In this document: piece by piece, positions 32,126 to 42,271 of the stretch
Numbering within the stretch: position 1 is the stretch's first letter
Layout of the letters: each line of letters opens with the position of its first letter
Source of the DNA: a virus
Lineage: Duplodnaviria; Caudoviricetes
DNA length: 64,000 bases
Virus record (IMG/VR): IMGVR_UViG_3300037466_003648
Location: 64,001 to 128,000 of that record
Reading direction: 5' to 3' (one strand)
Translations under genes and position numbers: made by a program
Notes under the pieces: model-generated
Told to the model about the DNA's origin: nothing
The model's database searches: none
What the model saw: only the letters and a program-made list of their open reading frames with translations

Positions 32126-32500
32126 ATGGCCACCCTGATCATTCCTGTCAGCGAGCAACCTTACCTGCTCATTCTCCCGACTGGGTACGACTCGCTGCAC
32201 ATCGGTGGTGTTCCCATCGAACCCAGCTCTGCTACGGACTTGGCAGCCATGCTGTTCGCTAATCCCTTCCTGCCACCGCCCAGGTTCCCCTTTGCCCAGG
32301 TCATCGACCGAGCCGAGGTGAAACTGGTGGTGCCTGACACGCTGGCCCAGGTCATCGTCAAGAACCTCGCCACCGGCCACGGTAGGATTGTCCTGGCGCC
32401 GGTGGATACAGTTATTGACACGCACGATCAGGTCCACATCACGGACCCCTTGCAGTCGTTGACCTTGACCACCTACTACGGCACCTTTTACATCATCTAA
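32126..32500 (+). CDS. hypothetical protein
   Basis: ORF in operon context. Confidence 0.6.
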   Translation: MATLIIPVSEQPYLLILPTGYDSLHIGGVPIEPSSATDLAAMLFANPFLPPPRFPFAQVIDRAEVKLVVPDTLAQVIVKNLATGHGRIVLAPVDTVIDTHDQVHITDPLQSLTLTTYYGTFYII

Positions 32501-32509
32501 GGAGCACCC

Positions 32510-33631
32510 ATGTTCGTTCGCATCCAGAGCGCTGACCGCCTCGCCAAGGCGCTGGGTTCCGCCAACAGCGCCATCACGGCGAAGGGCACGGACAACCCGA
32601 TCCCGAACTCGATGCTCTTGGAAGCACAGGGCGAAGAGCTGACCATCACCGTCGTCGACACGAGCAGCCACCAGCTCAAGTTGGTGGTTCCGGCGGAGGT
32701 GAACCTGCCCGGCTCCGTCATGTTACCGGGTGACTACTTCACCAAGATCATCGCGCGACTGGGCAACCAGCCCGTGGTGCTCAAGACCGAAGGCAGTCAG
32801 CTGCACGCCCAGTCGGGTGCGAGTGACACGCACAAGTTCGATCTGACGCAAGGCGATCCCGAGGACTTCCCTCTGGAGACGGACCTGCCGCCCATCATGG
32901 GGACGGTCGACGGCGACGGGTTGCACGAGGCACTGAAGGCGGTGCTGAAGGCAGCCACCGAAGCCGAGCAGGAGGTCATCTTCCACAGCGAGACGGGCAC
33001 CCTGGCGATCTACACCTCGCACTGGATCAGCTGCCGCTCGCGGTTCCAGATGATCGATATCGCGCAGGCGTTCACCTTCGCGGTCAAAAAGACGGCCATC
33101 GCCGGAGGTCGCCTCCCCCAGTGGAGTGGTCCGGTCAACATCCACCACGAGGACGGCAAGGCCGCGTTCAGTCAGGGCAACGAGCACCTGCTGATCAAGA
33201 TGCCACCGACCGAGATCGACATCGAGGGGCTGGACGCCATCATCTCCGTGAGCCCGATCGGCCACCTGGTCGTGCACACGGCGACCATCCGCAACCGCAT
33301 CCACACCATCGCCATCGGCAAGCAGCGCTGCGTCATCAAGACTACCGGCAAGGCGCAGAAGAAGCTGCAGATCGTGGCGGAGACCAGTGGCTCCGGTGGC
33401 TCGCGGATGGAGGTGCCCATCAACGGCGAGATTCGGGGCAGCGTACCCGAAGTTCACCTGAGCGTCGAGTTGCTGGAGAAGGCGCTCGCGACGGTAGATG
33501 GCGACGACATGCGTCTGGAGTTCATCGACTACGATGGCACCGGGCAGAGCATCGCCGTGCGGATCTCCAATGATGGCAACCCGGAGAAGCGGCAGACATT
33601 CGTGTTGCCCTTGCAGGATACCCAACAATAA
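32510..33631 (+). CDS. dnaN: DNA polymerase III beta (sliding clamp)-like protein
   Basis: 373 aa; PIPNSMLLEA..ELTITVVD, PGSVMLP, DPEDFP, LEKAL..VDGDDMRLEF; adjacent to the polymerase. Confidence 0.75.
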   Translation: MFVRIQSADRLAKALGSANSAITAKGTDNPIPNSMLLEAQGEELTITVVDTSSHQLKLVVPAEVNLPGSVMLPGDYFTKIIARLGNQPVVLKTEGSQLHAQSGASDTHKFDLTQGDPEDFPLETDLPPIMGTVDGDGLHEALKAVLKAATEAEQEVIFHSETGTLAIYTSHWISCRSRFQMIDIAQAFTFAVKKTAIAGGRLPQWSGPVNIHHEDGKAAFSQGNEHLLIKMPPTEIDIEGLDAIISVSPIGHLVVHTATIRNRIHTIAIGKQRCVIKTTGKAQKKLQIVAETSGSGGSRMEVPINGEIRGSVPEVHLSVELLEKALATVDGDDMRLEFIDYDGTGQSIAVRISNDGNPEKRQTFVLPLQDTQQ

Positions 33632-33635
33632 AGGC

Positions 33636-33664
33636 TTGACGGATCGTCTGGTAGGAGCTACAGT
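33636..33664 (+). promoter_or_regulatory. sigma70-like promoter of the HU gene
   Basis: TTGACG 33636-33641, 17 nt, TACAGT 33659-33664. Confidence 0.65.
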
Positions 33665-33719
33665 AGTCCGGTAACCACTACCCATCTACTTCTCCCTAGG
33701 GAGTAAGAGGAGGACATCC

Positions 33720-33998
33720 GTGAACAAGGCCGAGCTGATCGACGCCATCGCCGCCAAGACCAAGCAGTCCAAGAAGGACACCGAGGAGACCCTGACCGTC
33801 GCGCTCGACGTCATCGCCACCTCCGTCCTGAAGGGCAACAAGGTCCAGCTGAAGGGCTTCGGCACCTTCGAGCAGGTGGAGCGTGCCGCGCGTAACGCCA
33901 AGAACCCCCGCACCGGCGCCGAGATCCAGGTGCCCGCCAAGAAGGTTGCCCGCGCCAAGCTGAGCTTCGGCAAGGAGCCCAAGTCCGCCAAGGCGTAG
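33720..33998 (+). CDS. hup: HU-family DNA-binding protein
   Basis: MNKAELIDAIA...GFGTFE...RAARNAKNPRTG. Confidence 0.95.
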   Translation: MNKAELIDAIAAKTKQSKKDTEETLTVALDVIATSVLKGNKVQLKGFGTFEQVERAARNAKNPRTGAEIQVPAKKVARAKLSFGKEPKSAKA

Positions 33999-34014
33999 AC
34001 CTTCGCCACCCGCC

Positions 34015-34046
34015 AGGCGGGGTCGACTTGTTCGACCCCGCCTTTC
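34015..34046 (+). terminator. intrinsic terminator after HU
   Basis: GGCGGGGTCGA/TCGACCCCGCC stem followed by TTT. Confidence 0.7.
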
Positions 34047-34060
34047 ACTTGAGAGAGCCC

Positions 34061-34696
34061 ATGACCCAAACCGCTCTGACCATCGCCTGTACAGGTACCC
34101 ACTGCTCCGGCAAGTCCACGCTGACCAACGCGCTTGCCAAGCGTCTGCAGCTAGACCCCATCAACATCAGTCGCCCGACCACGGCTGCCCAGCAGCTGGG
34201 CTACGTCAAGGCGGCGGATGTGCCGCCAGAGCAGGTGCAGCTCTTCCAGTGGATGGGGTTGATGGAGCAGATTCACCAGGAGCGCATCCGGCTGGAGCGT
34301 CCTCTGCCTAAGCTAGCGGATGAGCAGCCTAAGATCGGACCCCTCGTGTATACCACGTTGCGTCCTGGCTTCGTGTCGGATCGTGCTACCATCGACTTCC
34401 TGGCGTACTACGCCTACCGGTTGCCGGTGGACGAGCGCGTGCCGACTTACAACGACCTGGTCCTGGCGTACGCTCGCAAGTACAGCGTCATCTTGTACCT
34501 GCCCCCGAACCCCAACGGCGTCGAGGATGACAACCGCCGGTTCGTCGAGGGCACGGAGCAGATCGACAAGAACATCACCAAGATCCTGGGCATGTGGTCC
34601 AAGGGACTGCCGCCGGTGATCACCGTGCCTTGGCTCCCCATCGAGGAGCGCACCAACTTCGTCATCGACGAGCTGACCCGCCTCAAGCTCATCTAG
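34061..34696 (+). CDS. P-loop NTPase (AAA_28/NadR-kinase-like)
   Basis: TGTHCSGKST; SDRATIDFLAY. Confidence 0.75.
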   Translation: MTQTALTIACTGTHCSGKSTLTNALAKRLQLDPINISRPTTAAQQLGYVKAADVPPEQVQLFQWMGLMEQIHQERIRLERPLPKLADEQPKIGPLVYTTLRPGFVSDRATIDFLAYYAYRLPVDERVPTYNDLVLAYARKYSVILYLPPNPNGVEDDNRRFVEGTEQIDKNITKILGMWSKGLPPVITVPWLPIEERTNFVIDELTRLKLI

Positions 34697-34704
34697 GAGG
34701 ACCC

Positions 34705-36186
34705 ATGCTTCCCGATCTCTGGCTGGCGAACTCGCGCGTGCGGTCGCTCTGGAAGGACAAGTTCCCGGAGCAGCCCAAGATCGCGCTGGTCAACCTGGCC
34801 GAGGCGTTGTTCGGGACGGCTGACCTCACCCGCAACCAGGTCTCCATCCTCATCAACACGCTGGCCGAGGCCACGGTGTGGCCGACGGGTGTGGCCGACG
34901 ATGGCATCGACGTGACCATGCCGGACGAGATGTACGGCGAGGAGTACGTGGCCGCGGCGAATCACCCGAGTGCTAACGTCGAGACGTGGGTGCTCGAAGT
35001 CCTCTCGATGCTGCTCGCGATCCCGAACGACGTGAGCGTGCTCGACCTCTACTGTGGGGACGGCACGCTGCTCGACGTCTTGCCGGAAACCTCCTTCTAC
35101 GAAGGGCACGATCCCAATCCGGTTCACGTCGCACGCGCCCGGCGCGCTCACCCGGAAGCGATGATCCGTCACACGGATCTAACGCAACTGGTGAACCAGG
35201 AAGTAGACACTACCTACGGGTTGGTGTTCTGCCACACGACCGTGCAGCGGAGCGAAACCGCGCCCACCTGCTTGGAGCTGCGTCCTCATCTGGAAGCGGC
35301 AGCTGCTCGTCAGCGGAGTCTCCTGGAGGACGTACCCACCCAGCGTGAGCACAGCGAACCCGGCTACCGCATGGGTTGGGCGATGGCCGAAGCAGCGGTC
35401 AAGGCGTGCGTGCCTGGTGGCATCGTTGCCATTGCCAGCCTGAGCCAGCGCGACTTCGTACTGGACTACCTGCGCTCCAAGGGCACGGTGCTGGCTCAGA
35501 TCGGCTCGCAAGAAGCGATGCTGACGCTCACGATCTTCCGCAAGATGCGCGTCAAGAACCACGTCGAGGAGGACATCTTCCTGCCGACGCTGGACGAGGT
35601 GCGCGAATGGGCGGCGACTCGCGGCGTGCTCGCGCGCGTGCCGGTCTGTCCAGACGATCCTCGTCCCATGGTGATCCGACCGTGGGACATTCAGCTCACC
35701 CCCAACCCGGCAGGCAAGAAGTTCGGCAACTGCGCTCTGGGGCGTGATGCCGAACTGTACCTTGCCAAAGGCCGCGTGGGTGTGCGCTGGGCGGACCGTC
35801 TGGTGGCCTTCGAGTGGGCGCAGCATCAAGCGCTGACTGCACCGCCGGAGGAGTCGTGGGATAAGACCGTGGCGCGCTTCAACGAGCGGCTGACGCCGGA
35901 GTCCTACCTGCGTCTGCGGCAGGGCAACCTCAACGTCATGTTGAACCTGCCGCCTGCCTACACGGTGCGGGAAGACCCCGCGCTGGGTACGCATATGGGT
36001 AAGTTAGGTCGTCGCTTGGAGCGTGCCCAGCTCAGCTACCCGGAGAAGACGACCCTCGACAATCGGTACTACACGCTGGGCGTCGGGTCGGTCCTGATGC
36101 AGGGCGAGGACCGGTACGAAGTGCGCTTCTCCGAGCCGGACTTCTCCAACTCCAAGCCGCCCAAGGTCCATATCGAGAAGGTCTAA
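34705..36186 (+). CDS. protein with a central SAM-dependent methyltransferase-like domain
   Basis: motif I VLDLYCGDG, GHDPN; no clear (N/D/S)PPY. Confidence 0.6.
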   Translation: MLPDLWLANSRVRSLWKDKFPEQPKIALVNLAEALFGTADLTRNQVSILINTLAEATVWPTGVADDGIDVTMPDEMYGEEYVAAANHPSANVETWVLEVLSMLLAIPNDVSVLDLYCGDGTLLDVLPETSFYEGHDPNPVHVARARRAHPEAMIRHTDLTQLVNQEVDTTYGLVFCHTTVQRSETAPTCLELRPHLEAAAARQRSLLEDVPTQREHSEPGYRMGWAMAEAAVKACVPGGIVAIASLSQRDFVLDYLRSKGTVLAQIGSQEAMLTLTIFRKMRVKNHVEEDIFLPTLDEVREWAATRGVLARVPVCPDDPRPMVIRPWDIQLTPNPAGKKFGNCALGRDAELYLAKGRVGVRWADRLVAFEWAQHQALTAPPEESWDKTVARFNERLTPESYLRLRQGNLNVMLNLPPAYTVREDPALGTHMGKLGRRLERAQLSYPEKTTLDNRYYTLGVGSVLMQGEDRYEVRFSEPDFSNSKPPKVHIEKV

Positions 36187-36188
36187 CC

Positions 36189-36755
36189 ATGCAACTCCCA
36201 GCCCACCGTGGTGGCGGTCCCCGACTCGAAGCGTTGAGGCACTTGGCAGCGGATGTTCGCGAGGACCCTTGTCTTCGGCTCTTCGCGTTGGTCGTCTTGT
36301 CGATTGCTGGGATGGCGGACGTGCGGGAGATGCCCTTCGTGGTGGAGGGTCGGAATGACCTGAAGCGGGAGTTCGTAGAGACCCAAACCATCCTGCTGGG
36401 TACGGACCAGCGTCAGGTCTTCGTGGAACTGCACAAGATGATGGGCAAGCACGGACGGGCGCGTGCCTGCATCAAGGTCGGCGTCTACCGCAATGGCAAC
36501 ACCCTGCGCCTCACCCGCGATGGCGCGTTGGTGCACGAGGACGACCCGGCGTGGGACGATGCCACCAAGTACTGGACGTTGGACGAGAGTCACATGGACG
36601 AGATCGGTCCGGTGTCACGCAAGATCGCGTTGACCTTGATCGAGTGCGGCATGTGGCACTCGACCGACATGGGTGGGTTGATGCCTCGTTGCGAGACCTG
36701 CCCCCACCAGCTCACCTGCATGGTGGTGCCCCAGTACTTGATCAAGCGGTCCTGA
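36189..36755 (+). CDS. hypothetical protein with C-terminal CxxCxxxxxC
   Basis: CETCPHQLTC. Confidence 0.65.
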   Translation: MQLPAHRGGGPRLEALRHLAADVREDPCLRLFALVVLSIAGMADVREMPFVVEGRNDLKREFVETQTILLGTDQRQVFVELHKMMGKHGRARACIKVGVYRNGNTLRLTRDGALVHEDDPAWDDATKYWTLDESHMDEIGPVSRKIALTLIECGMWHSTDMGGLMPRCETCPHQLTCMVVPQYLIKRS

Positions 36756-36758
36756 TCC

Positions 36759-37238
36759 ATGGTAGACTCTCATCCTACCCTCGATCATGAGTTGCGGGAC
36801 GCGATCCTGAAGCCTCTGGTTGCCAAGCTTCTGTCGGCGTCGTTCCACCAGAATCTGCTGGGTTTGGGAGACTTCCGAGTGGGGCACGATCTGACCATGG
36901 GTCGGGTCGAGATCGAGGTCGAGAACCCCCGTTACTTCATCGTCCTGATCTACCAGCTCGTGCCCACCATCGAGGTCGTGGTGACCATCACCCGCGGCAC
37001 CAAGTCGGGCGGCACCTCGCGCAAACTGCTCTACTACCTGGGGTCGGATGGTCGGCTCATGACCGAGCGCACACCCTGGCCGGGCAGCGCCGTAACAGCT
37101 GACCGGTTGTGGGATGTGATGATTGTCTGTGGGCTGGGCGCCATCCGCGAGCGTCGTGGTACCCAGGAAGCGCACTGTGACAAGTGTGCCTACCAGTTCT
37201 CCTGTTTGACGGACAAACCCTTGTCGAGGAAGCGCTAA
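36759..37238 (+). CDS. hypothetical protein with C-terminal CxxCxxxxxC
   Basis: CDKCAYQFSC. Confidence 0.65.
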   Translation: MVDSHPTLDHELRDAILKPLVAKLLSASFHQNLLGLGDFRVGHDLTMGRVEIEVENPRYFIVLIYQLVPTIEVVVTITRGTKSGGTSRKLLYYLGSDGRLMTERTPWPGSAVTADRLWDVMIVCGLGAIRERRGTQEAHCDKCAYQFSCLTDKPLSRKR

Positions 37239-37900
37239 TGCCCACCCCCAAGAATTGTAAGCTGTGTAAGCTCGGCTGCGGCAAAGCGGTCCCCGGTCAC
37301 GGCCCCAAGGCGCCGCGGCTGATCGTGGTGTCGGACTACCCCGGCAAGAACGAGACCGAGCAGGGGCTGAACATGGTCGGCAAGGCAGGTCAGCTGATGC
37401 GCTCCGCGCTGAAGAACGTGGTCGGTGTCGATCCCGAGACCGAGGTCTTCTTCATGAACGTCATTCGGTGTGAGCCAGGCGATCAGAAGGTGACTCCCGC
37501 GATGCTCACCTCGTGCCGTCGCTGGACGCAGGAAGACCTGCGCGAGGTCGACTGCAACCTGATCCTGATCGCGGGTGCCCAAGCGTTCGAGACCATGCTG
37601 CCGAACATCTACGAGCAAGAAAAGCTCAAGGACAAGAAGTTCGGTGTGGGTCATGCACACGGCTCGGTCTATCAGCATCTGGGCAAGACCTACATGGTCA
37701 CCTGGAACCCGGCTGCGATTGAAGCCAATTCCTTCCGCGCACCGGACGGCAACATCCTCAAGATCCTGGATGGGTTGCCTAAGAAGGCAGAGCTGTCCAC
37801 CTGCTTCCCGACCGGCTCGATGCCCAAGCTGTTCGTTCAAGACCTCGAACGACTCAAGATGATTGTGGAGACGCACTATGGAATCCCAGCTCAAGCGTGA
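37238..37900 (+). CDS. uracil-DNA glycosylase superfamily protein (family 4-like)
   Basis: CKLC, VPGHG, PG..E...G..MVGKAGQL, NVIRCEP. Confidence 0.8.
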   Translation: MPTPKNCKLCKLGCGKAVPGHGPKAPRLIVVSDYPGKNETEQGLNMVGKAGQLMRSALKNVVGVDPETEVFFMNVIRCEPGDQKVTPAMLTSCRRWTQEDLREVDCNLILIAGAQAFETMLPNIYEQEKLKDKKFGVGHAHGSVYQHLGKTYMVTWNPAAIEANSFRAPDGNILKILDGLPKKAELSTCFPTGSMPKLFVQDLERLKMIVETHYGIPAQA

Positions 37901-38159
37901 AGTCGCCGTCGATGCGACGCATGACTTCGGCATCACCCACAGCCACGAGAACGCCAACATCTTGGCAGACGCTATCCGTCAGCAGGTGCAAGAGCGCTAC
38001 GATGCGGGGTACAACCTGGACGGCATCATCCCCGACATCGGTTCGGACGACAGCCACTACCCCTACGCCTTCCTGATCTTCAGCCGCCCCCAACCCACCG
38101 AGATCGACGATGCCTACGAGGTTCGTCCGGTCACCCGTCCCCGAAAGGACAAGTCATGA
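37878..38159 (+). CDS. hypothetical protein
   Basis: GGAG SD, overlap. Confidence 0.6.
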   Translation: MESQLKREVAVDATHDFGITHSHENANILADAIRQQVQERYDAGYNLDGIIPDIGSDDSHYPYAFLIFSRPQPTEIDDAYEVRPVTRPRKDKS

Positions 38160-38911
38160 GCCTCTCCATCAACCTGCTCACCACCGTTGCTCCCGCCGTC
38201 CAGTGCTCTGCCTGTGGGCAGTGGCACGGCATCGATGCTGCGAGCTACATTACGATCGTCGGCGACATCCGCCTGGGCGCCAACTTCAGCATCTATCCGA
38301 CCAATCTCGATGAGAGCGGCCGGGTGGAGAAGGCCACGATCCTGTGTCGCAACGACAAGTGCACCCTCGCCTTGATGGAAGCGCTGACGAAGGCGGACCC
38401 CGACTACGAGAAGATCGCGGATCGTACGCGCGCCTGGCGGCCCCAGTTCGACCAGCCGACTACTACGCGCGAGAAGGCGGTACTCCTGACGCCTGCACCG
38501 GTTGGTAGTCCTTGGGACTACGTGCCCTCTGTTCCGCCGGGCACGCCTTTGGATGATGGCCCCTTGATCCTGAACGCCCAGCAGCAAGCCGCGGTAGATG
38601 CGTTGGCCGAGCACCTGGTCAAGACGACCGAGCCGGTCACCAAGGAGATGATCGAGGAGGCCATCAGCGCCACGATCGTCCCCGCCGACCAGCGGAAAGC
38701 CATGGACGCGGCGTTGCCTGCCGAGCCTGCTCCCTCGATCGAGAGGTCCGTGGGTGATCCCCTCGTTGGGGTGCCCTTGGGTGACCCGGCCAACGTGGAG
38801 GTCGCCACGAGCCCCGAGGACCCTACGCCTGCTACTTCTGCGGCCAGCGATGCTGGGACTCCTGCGGCATCGAGTTCTACGAACTCCGATGACGACATCC
38901 AGAAGTTCTAG
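38156..38911 (+). CDS. hypothetical protein with N-terminal CxxC and P/A-rich tail
   Basis: ATGA overlap. Confidence 0.65.
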   Translation: MSLSINLLTTVAPAVQCSACGQWHGIDAASYITIVGDIRLGANFSIYPTNLDESGRVEKATILCRNDKCTLALMEALTKADPDYEKIADRTRAWRPQFDQPTTTREKAVLLTPAPVGSPWDYVPSVPPGTPLDDGPLILNAQQQAAVDALAEHLVKTTEPVTKEMIEEAISATIVPADQRKAMDAALPAEPAPSIERSVGDPLVGVPLGDPANVEVATSPEDPTPATSAASDAGTPAASSSTNSDDDIQKF

Positions 38912-39111
38912 TGAAAGGACCGGACAGCTGGGAGGGTCGGCCCCGCGACATCGAGACGATTGCTGTCAGCAAGCTTTCGCCCGACCTACGTGCTGACTTC
39001 AAGCGGCTGATCGGGAAGCGACGCTGGACCACCTCCACGGAGGTCCAGCGTCTGCTCGACCTCCGCAAGATTCGCTTCAAGCAAGGAGACCCTGATGGCA
39101 GCCCTTCGTGA
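38911..39111 (+). CDS. hypothetical protein
   Basis: overlap-coupled ORF. Confidence 0.5.
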   Translation: MKGPDSWEGRPRDIETIAVSKLSPDLRADFKRLIGKRRWTTSTEVQRLLDLRKIRFKQGDPDGSPS

Positions 39112-39547
39112 TGGCTTCGCTCCTGCGATCGCGCAGGAGAAGACCGAGCTTCCCACCTACACCGTCCCGGAGAGCATCGACCTCTTCAAGTACCCACGGG
39201 TCATCCGCGACTTCGAGAAGCACCTGCGCAAGCTGCAGCGCCGCCTCGCCGAGGACGAGCGTATGCGCGATGCGCACCGCGACCTGCTTCACAGCACGGA
39301 GTGGCACGCGGGCGGCACCAACGACAAGCAGCGTGACAGCCGCTTCAAGGTGCTGCTCCAAACCGACCGGGTCTTCCAGGGACTGGAAGAGGGCATCATC
39401 GAGTTGTACTGGCACATCAAGGACGAAGAGGCCGAGTACAACAAGCTGATCAGCGAGTCCGTGAACGCCCGCCTGCGCTACCGCAACAACCTGGTAGCAG
39501 CCGAACTGTTCGCCGGTGTCCCGGTCAACCCCTTCGAGGACGAGTAG
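39095..39547 (+). CDS. coiled-coil hypothetical protein
   Basis: AAGGAG SD. Confidence 0.7.
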   Translation: MAALRDGFAPAIAQEKTELPTYTVPESIDLFKYPRVIRDFEKHLRKLQRRLAEDERMRDAHRDLLHSTEWHAGGTNDKQRDSRFKVLLQTDRVFQGLEEGIIELYWHIKDEEAEYNKLISESVNARLRYRNNLVAAELFAGVPVNPFEDE

Positions 39548-39550
39548 CCC

Positions 39551-40240
39551 ATGTCCATCTTCGACCGCGATCCGCGCCAGCTCACTACTGAAGAACTGCT
39601 CAAGATGCCTGTAGCCGAGTTCAACAAACTCGACGTCAATAAGCTGAGCATGCGACAAATGATGGACATGTGGGCTATGTTCGAGGCCGAAGAGACACAA
39701 GCAGATCGTTACGCTCCGCAGAAGCTGTGGCACGATCGGGAAAGCCGAGCCCAGTGGGTCACTGCTGGGATCGAGCCGCCTGTTCAGATCCAACTTACCC
39801 GCACGGTCGCAGGCGTGTGGTATGATCAGACCGGTGCGTACTACACACCGGAGGAAGTCAACGATGGTGAGACGGCCGCCAACGCTGTTGGTCGCCGTCG
39901 GCGCAGCTTCCGGGAGAAGCTGGAGCATACGGATCGCCTATTGAATCAACTGACCATCAGGGTTGGTGATGTTCTCAGGAACCAGTCCAGTAACACCATT
40001 CGTCAGGTCGAACAGATCTGCCACCAGATGCAGCAAGAGATGAAGCGGCTGCAGCTGTTCGTCCCGACCTTCGAGATGACCAACCATGGGGCGAAGGGCA
40101 TCCACTTCGCGTTTAGCGGACCGCCCGACACCCCCGACTACTACGCCCTCAAGTACGGGACCGACGTCCAACCAGACCCCCACCACTTCCCTTCGTTCTG
40201 GTTGGACGAAGACGCCTTCAAGCCAAAGGACAAACCATGA
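39551..40240 (+). CDS. hypothetical protein
   Basis: ORF in operon context. Confidence 0.65.
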   Translation: MSIFDRDPRQLTTEELLKMPVAEFNKLDVNKLSMRQMMDMWAMFEAEETQADRYAPQKLWHDRESRAQWVTAGIEPPVQIQLTRTVAGVWYDQTGAYYTPEEVNDGETAANAVGRRRRSFREKLEHTDRLLNQLTIRVGDVLRNQSSNTIRQVEQICHQMQQEMKRLQLFVPTFEMTNHGAKGIHFAFSGPPDTPDYYALKYGTDVQPDPHHFPSFWLDEDAFKPKDKP

Positions 40241-42069
40241 GCAAGTTGGTTCTCACCGGTCCTGACGACCTGACTGCTCAGGGCTTCACCATCGTTGACG
40301 AGCCGACGCTGCTCGACACCGCGCTGTTCGACGAGCAGCACAAGCTGGTGACCCAGTGGGCAGGCGCGTTGCCGCGTCTCGACGGCAAGGCAGCACGTCC
40401 GTACCAGATCCGCTACGCGGCGATGGTCGCGTGCCGAACCCGTAACCTGCTCGCCCACGAGCAGGGCTTGGGCAAGACCTACGAGACGATCCTGGCAATC
40501 CTGGCACGCTACGGTCCTGCCCTGTTGGGTGGTCAGCGCAAGCTGCGTCGTGGGGCCATTCAGCTGGTCGTTCCGCGTCACACGATGGAGCTGGCGTGGC
40601 TCGCAGAGTTCAAGATGCTCCAGCTGGACGAGCACGTCGAGTTGATCCTGTCGGAGCGCGACGTGCGCATGAGCACCAAGCCCATCTGGTTGATCGACTA
40701 CGACTTCCTCAAGCGCCAAACGGACGCGGGCAGGAAGATGCGGCGCGCCGGTCGGCAACGCGTCCAGGTCAACCGCAAGAAGGAGGTCGAGCCCTTCTTC
40801 GTCGGCAAGCCGATGTGGAAGCTCATCCGCCAGACGGCTCGCCCGCACTTCGTTGCCTTCGATGAGATCCACATGCTGCGGTCGGACTCCGATCGCACCG
40901 AGGCAGTGGAGCAGTACGTCCGGGGTGTGAAGAACCGGTTGGGTCTGACCGGTACCCCGGTGGACGGTTGGATCGAGCACCTGGCGACCATCCTCCGCAT
41001 CATCTACGGTGAGAACAACGCCACGTTCCCCTGGACAGAGAAGACGTTCACCAAGCGTTTCACCCGCGAGCGGGTCATCGACCAGGACTACGTGACGGGC
41101 GAGGTGGGTGGTGCGACGCCGCGCAAGGTCAAGGCGCCGGGCATCAACCCCGACCAGATCCCCGAGTTCTACCGGGCGACCCGCCACCTGTTGCACCGCC
41201 TGATCATCCGCGACCCCGAGGTTGCCGGGCAGGTCACGTTCCCGAAGGTGAACTACCACCTGGAGGTGGTCGACCTCGACCCCGACCATCAAGAGTTCTA
41301 CATGGCGGCGCACGAAGCCATGATCGAAGCCATGACGCGCGAGCTGCAGAAGATCGAAGCCAACCAGACGAACTACGAGCGTCTCAAGGCCAACGTCTTG
41401 CAGCACATTACCCTGCTGCGCGAAGCGGCTTCGACGCCCTGGACGTTGAACAAGATGGGCATCACGCCCTTCCCGCACCGGATGACCAACAAGGTCATCA
41501 AAGCCATCGCGTTGGCGCACGAGGCGGCCGACCAGGGACGCAAGTCGATCATCTTCACGAACCAGATTCCGACGGGCTCCGTGCTGATGAAGCACGCCAA
41601 GGAAACCGGCTTGAAGGCGGTACGGGTGTTCGCGTCGGACCCCTTGGAGAAGCCCAACACGCTCGACCAGATCGCACGCAACCATCGCATCGAGCAGTTC
41701 CTGGTGGATCCCGATGTCAACCTGTTGGTCGGCAACCTGGGGTTGTTGGCGACCGGGTTGAGCCTCCAGACCGCCGCGTCGGTGGTCATCCACCACGACC
41801 ATGACTGGAAAGCCAACAAGTACCGGCAAGGCAACAGCCGCGTCATCCGCCCCAGCTACTGCTGGCCGGATGGTGTGGACGTCTACGACCTGGCGGGCGC
41901 GGGCACCGTCGACAACTACGTGCTGGCCGCCATGCTGCGCAAGGCCAAGGCCAACGACGAGATGATCGACCGCCGCTTCAGCTTGGAGATCCAGCTGACC
42001 CCCGAGGACGAGGTAGACGCCGTGGCCGTTGCACGCGCCCTGATCGCTGGAGACTCCGGTTTGTTGTAG
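40237..42069 (+). CDS. SNF2-family helicase
   Basis: HEQGLGKT, FDEIH, LTGTP, GLSLQTA, QGNSRVIR. Confidence 0.88.
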   Translation: MSKLVLTGPDDLTAQGFTIVDEPTLLDTALFDEQHKLVTQWAGALPRLDGKAARPYQIRYAAMVACRTRNLLAHEQGLGKTYETILAILARYGPALLGGQRKLRRGAIQLVVPRHTMELAWLAEFKMLQLDEHVELILSERDVRMSTKPIWLIDYDFLKRQTDAGRKMRRAGRQRVQVNRKKEVEPFFVGKPMWKLIRQTARPHFVAFDEIHMLRSDSDRTEAVEQYVRGVKNRLGLTGTPVDGWIEHLATILRIIYGENNATFPWTEKTFTKRFTRERVIDQDYVTGEVGGATPRKVKAPGINPDQIPEFYRATRHLLHRLIIRDPEVAGQVTFPKVNYHLEVVDLDPDHQEFYMAAHEAMIEAMTRELQKIEANQTNYERLKANVLQHITLLREAASTPWTLNKMGITPFPHRMTNKVIKAIALAHEAADQGRKSIIFTNQIPTGSVLMKHAKETGLKAVRVFASDPLEKPNTLDQIARNHRIEQFLVDPDVNLLVGNLGLLATGLSLQTAASVVIHHDHDWKANKYRQGNSRVIRPSYCWPDGVDVYDLAGAGTVDNYVLAAMLRKAKANDEMIDRRFSLEIQLTPEDEVDAVAVARALIAGDSGLL

Positions 42070-42077
42070 GAGGTAAC

Positions 42078-42263
42078 GTGAAACAGGCAATCGCGATCGT
42101 CGACCGCATGGTCGAGGGTTACATCAAGAAGAACCAGGAAACACAGACCTACACGGATGCGCACGACAATGCGCTCCGCCAGGTGTTGTACGACCTGATG
42201 GACCGGGTGATGACGCTCGAAGCCTCGCTGGCTCCCGCGCTCTCGCCCACGATCAAGCACTAG
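42078..42263 (+). CDS. hypothetical protein
   Basis: GGAGG SD. Confidence 0.6.
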   Translation: MKQAIAIVDRMVEGYIKKNQETQTYTDAHDNALRQVLYDLMDRVMTLEASLAPALSPTIKH

Positions 42264-42271
42264 GAGCTACC

